64,000 nt of DNA from Ranitomeya imitator. Its lineage: Eukaryota. The stretch is from NCBI RefSeq assembly GCF_032444005.1, contig NC_091283.1, positions 827,514,001 through 827,578,000 on the forward strand, read 5' to 3'. How positions within the stretch are numbered: position 1 is the first letter of the stretch; each line of letters starts with the position of its first letter. The translations under genes were made by a program, and so were the position numbers. The notes below the pieces were generated by a model. That model ran no database searches and was not told the origin of the DNA. It worked only from the letters and a program-made list of their open reading frames with translations. Below, piece after piece: positions 1 through 10,500 of this stretch.

Positions 1-1825
1 TATTACAAATGCTACAGTGATGAGTCCGGGCAGGTTTTGGAGCGATGCATTTCCGGCAAACCGACACCGATGGGATATTCTTCTGAGCCTGATTAACACA
101 AACAGTAGGAATGTTAAATCCCTCAAACTGAAGGAAATACATTGATTCTATGAAAATGAAACGTAGGGACAGGATAAAACATAATTTTGCCATTGTTTCA
201 TACATTACTTGTGGCAAGAACAGGCTGCATAAAATAAACGCAAAAAAAAGATGGCAAACCTGCAATCTACAACAGTTAAAGGGAGTTATAAGCAAGTGCC
301 CAAGTTATTCCCCATTGATAAGAGAACGGATAACCTATTGTTCCCTAGTAGTCCAGGGGGTCATGTTAGTATTCTGTGGTCACCGGATGGGATCCTGTGA
401 ACCTCCTCCTACTGCCTGAACCTCCAATGCCTCCTATAAGGCTACTTTCACACTGGCGTTTTTTGCCAGACGTCGCAATGCGTCGTTTATGGCAAAAAAC
501 GCATCCTGCAAAGTTGTTTGCAGGATGCGGTTTTGCCCCATAGATTAACATTAGCGACGCATTGCGACGCTTTGCCACACGTCGCAACCGTCATGCGACG
601 GTTGCGCCGTGTTGTGGCGGACCGCCGGGAGCAAAAAACGTTACATGTAACGTTTTTTGCTCCTGACGGACCGCTTTTTCCGACCGCGCATGCGCGGCCG
701 GAACTCCGCCCCCACCTCCCCACACCTCACAATGGTTGTGCAGTGCGTCAAACGCTAGTGTCGGAATCTCTGCCCGACGCATTGCGACGGGGAGATTCCG
801 ACGCTAGTGTGAAAGTAGCCTAACATGTAAGCCTGAAGCGATGCAGCCTATTAATCAGAAGAGGAGCCGGGGTTACCAGCAGCTAGGACGAGGCTCCAGT
901 GACTCATAGGGTCCAGCAAATTAATATACTCGTCTCTAATTCCTGGGGTCCGACCTCTGGGCCCCCACGGAATTCAGAGTCTTGTCTGAATAGAGCAGTG
1001 GTTGAGCACGTGTACCTCCACTCCACTAGCTTTTTATAGGACTAGCGGAAATAGCAGAACACAGTATTATCAAGCAGAGAATGAATGGAGTAAAGGTGCA
1101 CATGCTCGCCCTCTGCCGATCCATGGAGGTCCCCTATCCTATTGATACAAACCCTTGACTATACTGGTAGTCCGATGAGAACAAGTGATAACTACTAGAT
1201 CATTGAGGGTCCCATTACTAATGGATTGCTAGTACATGGAACTTGTGACCAATCTGAATGAAGCAGCAGTCGCGCATGTGTATCTTGTAAAAAGAAGCTA
1301 CCTGCGGAGGATACCCAGGGGGGGTGGTGATCGCCTTGTAATAGTGAAACACTATCAGGAGGAGATTCCAGTGGCCATAGGCGACGTGCCAGCAGATCCA
1401 GGCGATGGAGTATGTTTGGAGTATAAGAGGAAGGAGGCAGATGTACACGATCAGCACAATGGAGCTGGTCAGTAAGATCACCAGAGCGACAAACACCTAT
1501 AAAAAATTTTTTAAATAAATTATTAATAATAATAATAATGACAAAAAATATCATGAAAAATAAATAAAAGAAAAAGGTGTTTGGAGGTATACGGGAAGGA
1601 AACACTTACGATGCCAAACCATCTCGTCACATGATCCACCAACCAATAAATTGGCTCAAAGAGAGACTCTATGACGACATCGCTGTTCGTGAAGGAGTTA
1701 TAGGCTAAGGACACGAGGCAAAGGCGGCTGTAACGCAGCGAATCCGTCAGCAGGTGCACATATGTGAATTTCCTTCTGTGTCCCAGGCGAAGGCACCTCA
1801 AGAAAAGGCGCCGGATGTTTCTCAT
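1..1825 (-). CDS. ZDHHC16: Palmitoyltransferase ZDHHC16, 5' part (gene continues beyond the window start)
   Basis: Coding exons 1825-1610 (MRNIRRLF...SLFEPIYWLVDHVTRWFGI), 1496-1302 (VFVALVILL...HYYKAITTPPGYPPQ) and 88-1 (AQKNIPSVSVCRKCIAPKPARTHHCSICN, the start of the DHHC Cys-rich domain). All have GT-AG boundaries and phase-0 joins. The sequence matches the recalled human ZDHHC16 protein. Confidence 0.96.
440..820. mobile_element. PIF/Harbinger-type MITE
   Basis: TIRs GGCTACTTTCACACT...AGTGTGAAAGTAGCC flanked by TAA/TAA. Confidence 0.85.
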
Positions 1826-2189
1826 TCCCACTGTTCATTACCTGGGGACATCAAATCAACATGAAACAATGTATCAAAAAAAAAAAAAATTAAAAAAATT
1901 AAATATATTTTTTTTGACAGAGGGTGATCTGACATCACCTGCTCCACCACCCACAAAAATGCAGCAAAAAGCAATCAAAACCTTGAAAAATATATATATA
2001 AAAAAAAAATACAGCTCATCACACACCTCTATTGGTGAGGAAATAGAAAAAACCTACAGGTTTTACTAATTTTTTTTTTCAAAATTCTTAAACTTTTTTT
2101 TTTTAACAATTAAAATAATAATGTATACAAGTTCGGCATCGCCCTGGAGAATCGGATCACAGGGTCGTCTTGATGATAGTGTGTGCAAA

Positions 2190-2250
2190 CTGTAAAGCGC
2201 TGCGGAATATGTTAGCGCTATATAAAAATAAAGATTATTATTATTATTAC
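2190..2250 (+). mobile_element. L2/SINE 3' tail fragment
   Basis: GTAAAGCGCTGCGGAATATGTTAGCGCTATATAAAAATAAAG(ATT)n. The same tail recurs at about 8665-8715 and, reversed, at about 41885-41930. Confidence 0.6.
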
Positions 2251-2345
2251 CTGCACAATGAGAGGCTTAAAAACACAAAAAAGTTGAATAATTTTTTTTC
2301 ATTTTAGATTTCTTCCCACATTTTTTTTAGCACATTATGTAGTGA

Positions 2346-3081
2346 CTAGATGGTGGCCCGATTCTAACGCATCGGGTATTCTAGAATATGCATGTCCACG
2401 TACTATATAGCCCAGCCACGTACTATATTGCCCAATCACGTACTATATTGCCCAGCGACATAGTATACAGCACAGATCCACGTAGTATACAGCACAAACA
2501 CGTAGTAAACTGCCCAGTCACGTAAACTGCCCAGCCACGTAGTATATTGCCCAGCCACGTATGTAACAGGTTAAAAAAAACTTAAAATGAACATATACTC
2601 ACCTTCCGAGGGCCCCTTGTAGTCCTTGCCCCTGTGTGCGGTGCACGCGGCAGCTTCCGGTCCCAGGGTTGGCAAGAGCGTGACGTGACGTCATGGCAGG
2701 TCCTTCTTGCATAGCATCCTTGGCACCGGAACCTGACGCTTGCACTGCCGAGAACAGGGCGCGACGTCGGAGGGTGAGAATAACGTTTTTTTCTTTATTA
2801 TTATTATTTGTAACATTAGATATTTTTACTATTGATGCTGCATACGCAGCATCAATAGTAAAAGTTGGTCACACAGGGTTAATAGCTGCATCAATGGAGT
2901 GCATTACAGTGCGGTCCATTAACGCTGGCATTAACCCTGTGTGTGGGCTGACTGGAGGGGAGTATGGAGCGGGTACTGACTGCGGGGAAGAAGGAGCGGC
3001 CATTTTGCTGATTGGTCGTGGCAATGGTTGTGGGCGTTTTGCCACGACCAATCAGCGACTTGGATTTCCATGACAGACAGA
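2346..3081 (-). mobile_element. Non-autonomous Helitron-like element
   Basis: The minus strand ends in hairpin CCCGATGCGTTAGAATCGGG followed by CTAG|T, with short internal repeats (cacgtagtatattgcccagc). The 5' TC end is uncertain. Confidence 0.55.
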
Positions 3082-3111
3082 GGTTTTTCATACTCTAAGC
3101 ATGTTCTATGA

Positions 3112-3294
3112 CAGGGGTGTCAAACTGCATTCCTCGAGGGCTGCAAACAGGTCATGTTTTCAGGATTTCCTTGCATTGCACAGGTGATAATTGAATCACC
3201 TGCAGAGAATGATTCCATCACCTGTGCAATACTAAGGAAATCCTGAAAACATGACCTGTTTGCAGCCCTCGAGGAATGCAGTTTGACACCTCTG
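3112..3294. mobile_element. hAT-type MITE (palindromic, 183 bp)
   Basis: TIRs CAGGGGTGTCAAACT/AGTTTGACACCTCTG with an 8-bp TSD TTCTATGA on both sides. Confidence 0.9.
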
Positions 3295-3853
3295 TTCTAT
3301 GAGACCTAACCTATTGACTTTTATTGGGGCAAAATCTATGATGTTATATCCTATCATGCCTATCCATGCTAGGGGATATATAGCGGCCATGTAGATTTAC
3401 AACATATGGGGTATTTGTTACATGATATCTTTATAGACTTATCCTCATGTATATCCTTGGAGATGAGTAGTATTTGGAGATACAAGTCACATTTTCTATT
3501 TTGTCTCGGTTGCCAGATTATGCTAGTCCATGAGCAGCAGAGGGGTGTTTTTTCCTATCATCTCTGCTGCAAACTATATATGTGGTTATTTTAAAGTGTA
3601 ATTTACTTGTACTGCATTTAGGCTATTCATGGAATTTTCCTGTCTGATATCCCAATAAAGGTATTTATTCATTTTTTTTTTATTTTGGTCGTGTTGTGAC
3701 TTCACTGTCTCTGCTATCTAATTGTGAAGAGGATCACAGTCAATTGTTTATAGAGGAATTCTTTTGGTGGTATTATTATACAGTAGATATGAATAGTGTC
3801 AAACAAAAATATAAATGGTCTTTAAAAAAAAAAAAAGAGCCCCCACATGGCAA

Positions 3854-3986
3854 NNNNNNNNNNNNNNNNNNNNNNNNNNNNNNNNNNNNNNNNNNNNNNN
3901 NNNNNNNNNNNNNNNNNNNNNNNNNNNNNNNNNNNNNNNNNNNNNNNNNNNNNNNNNNNNNNNNNNNNNNNNNNNNNNNNNNNNNN
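3854..3986. other. Assembly gap (N run)
   Basis: Run of N. Confidence 1.
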
Positions 3987-4019
3987 GAAGGATAGGAAAA
4001 AAAGAGAAGGCGGAAACAA

Positions 4020-4400
4020 ACAGAAATCCCGGCCGGGAGTGCGGGGGTTAACAGCATTGTGTGGGAGAATGTTACAATGTTACAGGTGACGCAGCCTCGC
4101 CTCCTCCGTGTTCTCCCCGGTGCCCGCTCCTCACCTGCCCGGCGCCGCCGCTCATAGTCTCGCCTTTCCGCAGCGCCTCCGCCTCTCTCCCGTCATTCTG
4201 ACTCCCGGGTACCTGCAAGAACCGGATGTCACTGCGCTCACCTCACGTCGGCCGGAGCCATGCCTACAGAGCATGCGCACAACAACCCGGCAGCTGGGTA
4301 TCATTACCACGCATGCCCAGTGAAAGCCGGTATTACGTCACCATAAACAACGCATGCGCTTCATGAGTGACCTAGAATACGCATGCGCAGAATGGACAGT
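4020..4400 (-). promoter_or_regulatory. ZDHHC16 CpG-island promoter and probable non-coding first exon
   Basis: GC/CpG-rich. It has NRF1-like GCATGCGC at 4271, 4352 and 4381, an ETS-like CCGGATGT at 4222 and a CRE-like TTACGTCA at 4333. Candidate minus-strand donors are CAG|GTGAGG (4135) and GAG|GTGAGC (4242). Confidence 0.7.
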
Positions 4401-4701
4401 TCAGAAGGATGCTGCTACCAGAAAGCAGAAGCGGATTACTCACTATAACATTATGTGGGAGTCAAACTTGGGTTTTTTACGTTTGCTAACCCAGAAATCC
4501 TATATAATATAGATGATATATAACTAACCAACTCCAAGAGCCATACCATATTATTTAGAGGGGGTTGTCCACCAACGGTGACTTTTTTTTTTTTTCTTCA
4601 CTTAAATGCATGAATTTGGAACTAAAATTCATTTTTGCAATATGGTTTTGTTAAAAAAGTTGCACCGTTTGTCTTCTGTATCCTCTGTGCTGCGGACTTA
4701 A

Positions 4702-5055
4702 GGCTGTGTGCACACGTTCAGGATTTTTCGTGTCTTTTTGCTATAAAAACGCTTAGAAAACGCGTACGTAAGCATCCCATCATTTATAATGCATTCCGCA
4801 ATTTTTGTGCATATTTGCGAAAAAAAACGCATCGCGGTAAAAACCGCAGCATGTTCATTATTTTAGCAGATTTATTGCAGTTTTCCTACTATAATTATTG
4901 CATTGGGAACCTCCGGGGGGGAAAAAAAAAAAAAGGAAAAAAAAATCAGCAAAAAAAAAATAAACGCACAAAAAACGCATGTGGATTTCATGCAGAAAAT
5001 GTCCGGTTTTGTTCAGGAAATTTCTGCCAGAAATCCTGACGTGTGCACATAGTCC
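4702..5055. mobile_element. PIF/Harbinger-type MITE
   Basis: TIRs GGCTGTGTGCACACG / CGTGTGCACATAGTCC flanked by TAA/TAA. Confidence 0.75.
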
Positions 5056-5884
5056 TAAGAGTTGACTAAGAATTGGTCAGCGAGCTCGCTAGGACAGGAA
5101 AGTTTGTCACTCTTATATATGTGTGTTTCTGAGCTCTTCTCATCAAAGTGTAATGTGTCGGGAAGGAGCCTGCAAAGGTAAAGTGATGCAACATTTTTAA
5201 TAAAAAAAAAATTTGCAAAAATTATTTTTTTTGCTCAAAATACAGGCTTTTAGAATAAAAAAAAAAAAATACATGCATCCAAAAAAAAAAAAAAAAAAAT
5301 TTACAAAAGCCCCCTGAACGACCATGGGCCTTTAATCGTATTGGTCTTCTCTATGGGCCACAGGCTGCAGCCCCCCGTTAGGGTGACACCATCGAGTTCA
5401 TCATGACTGGCCGACCCTGTAACGCATACAGGTCCTCTCAATTATGTCGGAGGAGGAGGAAAGCATCGGCCCACTTTGCTCTCCCCGGATATAAGCTGCC
5501 GCCCTTGGAGGAGATGATGTAGAATCTGCCGGGGGCACATGCGGTGGTCCAGGTCGCTGTAAACATTTACAGGACTACGGATATAAAACAGATTAGGCGT
5601 CATGGATCTGATAGTGATTCTTAGGTTTATTCTGTGTGCGGATGGACCCATTATAGCCAGAAAACATGACCGACCAGGCAGCATTATTCTATGGACCAGA
5701 AGGTATTCAATGTCAGCGCAGCTCCTGTGCCCACAATGCGGATGAGCGCACAGACACTGGACCAGCTTTAATTTGGCTCCTTCACCCATAAGTTTATTTA
5801 AGAGAGTAAAAAACAAACAAAAAAACAACTTATGGACAATTTATCAGCTGCTAGAAATTTGTTGATTACCATAGTAATAACCAA

Positions 5885-6183
5885 ATTTGTATTTATTTAT
5901 ATGGCGCCATTAATTCCACGACAGTTTACAGGCATCATCACTGTCCCCATTTGGACTCACTATCTAGATTCCCTATCAGGATGTCTTTGGAGTGTGGGAG
6001 GAACCCAGAGGAAACCCACGCAAATAAACAAGGGGAGAACATACAAACTCCTTGCAGATGTCCTTGGTGGGATATGAACCCCGGACCCCAGTGCTGCAAG
6101 GCTACAGTGCTAACCACTGAGCCACCATAGAATGCTAACCACTGAGCCACCATAGAATGCTAACCACTGAGCCACCGTGCTGC
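5885..6183 (-). mobile_element. V-SINE (tRNA-derived head) with a triplicated A-box segment
   Basis: The minus strand has A-box TGGCTCAGTGG (x3, 25-bp period), B-box GGTTCATATCC and the V-domain GTTTGTATGTTCTCCCC...GCGTGGGTTTCCTC, then an L2-like tail. Confidence 0.75.
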
Positions 6184-6750
6184 AATTGAGATTCTAATTC
6201 CTGGAGCAGTAACAAAAAGGGTGACCTGAAGAGCGAGCGGCACACAACTTCTTTACAAAACTTTGTTACCAAACTTTGGTGCATTATTTTACATGTTTTT
6301 AGGTCCTTAAAGGGATTGTCCAGTAAAAAAAACAAAAAAAAAACTATAGTCTATCCACCCAATAGGAGATAAATTACAGGGTGGGGGTGGTCCGACCACT
6401 GGGTCCCGCACGGATCTTCAGAATAAGGAATGGTGATCACTGATGGGACACTTAAATGGAGCGAGAGTACATGAGAGGCTGATGCTCCATTCATTCTCTA
6501 TTGGGCGTGCACACTTACGCTCTATTCTAACAGGGATAAAAGAGTCCCCGTTCTGCTGATAAGTGCGGACCCCAGCAGTCAACAAGCTCTCCTCCTTCCC
6601 GAGTCTGTACAATGCATCTGTACTCTGCTCCGACACGTGAGCTCTTCTGCCTCATGAGGAATCACGGGGATCTGAAAATCCTGATCTGCAGAGAATTTAA
6701 AGGGGACACAAAAGTTTAGTTGCACTTTTATCTCTACTAGACTGCAATGA

Positions 6751-6764
6751 GCTCCCTCTAGTGG
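6751..6764 (-). promoter_or_regulatory. CTCF motif between the EXOSC1 3' end and the ZDHHC16 promoter
   Basis: CCACTAGAGGGAGC on the minus strand is a close match to the CTCF core. Motif only; binding is unverified. Confidence 0.5.
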
Positions 6765-7552
6765 TGGCCGCCAGCAATCCAAATGTTATAATTTGACTCC
6801 ATCTATAGTGGTTTTGACTTATAATGCAGTGTCAGGGAATCATCCGATTGTCTCCAACTTTATTCTGCAGCCAGACGACTCCCAACATCCAATCAATGTC
6901 ATGAATATCAAGGAGTCCTGGGGGTGATGATCCGGCCCCCACAGAGCCCTGATCTCACATGAAGAGACAAGCCTCATAGACAGAAGATCTGGGGACAATT
7001 CTCCAAGATGTTTAGAACAACCTCCTTCCGAAATCCTTCAAGAAGAGCGATCAGCAGATACTTGTGTGATTTAGATTTCTCTTTTTATTCCCCATTCACT
7101 TTTCATTTTGTTAATTGATAAAAATTGGGTTTGTGCCTTTACCAAAATGTATCAAGGAAACTACTCAAAAGATGATAAAAGAGCAAAAAACAAGTGTATA
7201 ACCCCTCAAACTCTGCTCCCCTTTGATTTTTTTGTGACTGGCAGTGTTCACATTGATCAGATGCTGGCGGCCACGTAACACAGTTGCCTGCAAGGAGACG
7301 ACCTCGTTCTCGCCCGCTCTATAAAGTACAAAAGAAAACAAAGCTAAAAGACATAAAACAATTTAATGTGTATAATAAAAGCAGCGATGAAATCAACTTG
7401 GGAGGGGGGGGGGGGAGGGGGGAAAGTAATGTAAGAAAAATAAAAGTAAAAAAAAAAAAAAAAGTGAGCCCCGCTTCTTTAATGTAACCACATGGTGGTG
7501 AATATACTGTAACTGTCCAGTCTGTGAGACACAAGCGTACAGCAGTACAGCG

Positions 7553-10500
7553 TTATGTCTGGAGAAACTCGGGCTGCACTCGGGCCACTTTCCGAGGCTC
7601 CTTCATGTGAGTCTTCGGGCACTGCATCTCACACCAGCTGATTGGCACCATGGTCGCCCCTGGAAAAGTAAGTAATTCACATTTTAAACAATTGGTCTTC
7701 TTTCACACACACCGTTTCTGCAGCTTGTAAACTGAATTTCAGTTTTTAATTTATTTTAATTTGCACATGTATTACGCTAATTTTTGCTGTAGATAAGTCT
7801 ATGAGAAAACATGTCTAAAATGTGCTACAAGTGGAAAAAAAAAAATGCCTCAAAACATGGACTTTAAAAGGTCGTCTACTTTTGGGGTCTTTTTTTCCCC
7901 CCCACCTCATTTAAATGCAAATATTTCAGGATAAAAGAAAAAAGATAAAAACCAAGTTTCAAAAAAATCTTATTAAAAATTTTGCATTGATTGGGGCTCA
8001 GGAGAGAAAAAAAAAAAAAAAATGGAATAATTAGAAACTCTCCATTGAGAATGAGCTCACTTATGGATCCTCAGTTAACTCATTCAGCAACAGTTAATGA
8101 AATGCAGAGTCTATAGAATGCAAAAGAGTGCAACATTTTCAAAGAAACGCAATTACAAAAAATTTTTTTTTATCCCCCCAAAATCTGCATTTAAGAAAAA
8201 AAGAAAAAGTATTACCAAAAGGTGAACAATCCCTGCGGCACACGTTTCATGGGATCTTGGCTGCCTGCTTTCCTCCGCCAGGAAGGACATCACGTACATG
8301 GGCAGGCAGGGTAAATACACGGCGTACGCTGGAGCACGGTGTTATATATTAGGCCATGTAATGCCCAGAGAACATATTTGCACTCACCGGCTTCGCTATG
8401 TGCCACCACCACTCCCAACTCATTCTCCGCCGTGGTCAGCAGATAATTGGACTGAGCGTCTCCTAATGATATCTGTGTGTGATGTAAGGAAGCTCCGGCA
8501 ATTCCCGCTTTACAATAATTACTGATTACCAACGCCTTTTTCATACTCATGCGAGTACCAAGGAGATGCTGGGAATTTGATAATTATTATTATTTATTTA
8601 TATAGCACCATTAATTCCATGGTACTGTACATAAGAAGGGGTTACATACAAAGTTATAGAAACTGTAAAGCGCTGCGGAATATGTTAGCACTATATAAAA
8701 ATAAAGATGATTATTATAGATATCGTTCACAGTAAACAAATTCACAATGACAGACTGGTACAGAGGGGAGAGGACCCTGTCCTTGCAGACTTCTATAACA
8801 AGGATACAACTCTTGCTACAACAATGTCTCCAGGACGAAAACTTTTGTACACTTCAACCTGCAAAAGAAAAGCAAATAGTTAACAAAATATGGAAAGTCC
8901 TTCTCACCAGGTAACAATTTATATTGTATGTGACCAGCAGCGCGTTCCTGCACATTTACCAAAATAATATATATATATTATTTTTTTTCCCCCAATCCAG
9001 TGTGATCGTCTTGCAGTGTATAGTGAAAATGCCGTCCTCTTATGAAGCCCGGCCTCAGAATTAGGCCGGGGTCACGCTTGCGAGTCTCTCGCATCAAGTC
9101 CTGGCGCTGCCGCCGGCACTCGGGACCGGAGCATGTGGCTACATAGAAATACATGCAGCTGTACCCTCTGGTCCGAACCGCCGGCGGCAGTGCCGGGACT
9201 TGACGCGCAAGTTTCTCGCATTGAACTCGCAAGTGTGACCCCGGCCTTCGCTTCATAGGCCGACTAAGGTGCCAGCAATGAGCGCCTTCAGCAGACTGGG
9301 CCTCTGTGACCTTAAGCGACTGGGTCACAGGGAAAACAATGGGTGCCGGTCACCCTACAATCTGCTGAGACTCCTAAACAAATGGTTTTCGTTAACTAAC
9401 TACAATGTGCGGCTACGAAGATTAGATTTGTGCATTACCTTATCTTTCTCTGTTGCTCTGATGTCCTCTTTCCTACATTATAAGACAAAAATATTATTAA
9501 TTAATAATAATAATAATATACACAAAGTATAAGATAGATAAGAGAACACAGCCTTACACAATTGCTAGAACCGAACCATCTTGCATCCAAACCTCTTCAT
9601 TTTGTGGACCCCCTAAGCACCAGGTAATATCATGAATTGTCATTTGCCCCTTTTGTGCCACACCAATTTTGCAACAATTGCAATCAATAGGGGTCTTGTA
9701 AGGCACCACGGGGGTCCGGAAAACGACATGCAAGTTTGTTTTACCTGATCGTCCCTCTAAATGTGTTCTTGAGCGCCGCCGCACCGATGTACATGATCTG
9801 GACTTTAGCAAACCTTGGATTAATACTCATCACCTGCAATTAAAAGCACAAAAGCAATGAATGGCCTGACCCATACAGCAGGTTTCTAAAACATTTCAAG
9901 CCACCGTGCCCCCTAGTGACAAACTTCCAACCATGTCCCCCTCCCCCAATAACAAGAAAGGACAAATCCAGCACTGTGACAAAGCAACAGAAGGGGGCGC
10001 CATCTGCCCTCTGCTCAGTCTCTTCCTCCATCCAGCAATGCTGTTCACACTGGTGCCGGGACTCCACCGTCTCCTGAGCCCCCAAAAGCCGGGTTGTGGA
10101 GTCGGAGCCCATTTTGGTGGAGTCGGAGTCATGGAAATTGAGGAGCCGGTGGTTTGGCTTACCGACTCCACAGCCCGGCCCAAAAGTTCTTGGAACCAAT
10201 GGAATGGGTCTGATGTTTGCTGGAGGCACTCTGTTCTGACTCAAGGGGTGTGGGGGTCCACAACAATACGCCCTAAGAGCTACATGAACAGGGCAGAGAG
10301 GAAGAACTACTCACCTTACAAGTCACTATAGAGCCCACGTCAGGCAGAAGATGGGAGTCTGTGTCCCTCACTACCGAGACCACCGGCATCTGCACACAGA
10401 GAAAACACGTCAGGGACGTCACTGCAGGGGAAGGACTAGGTGCCAGTACTGGGTGCTCTACACTTCTAGGAAATATCATTAGGATCACCAAAGAGAAGCA

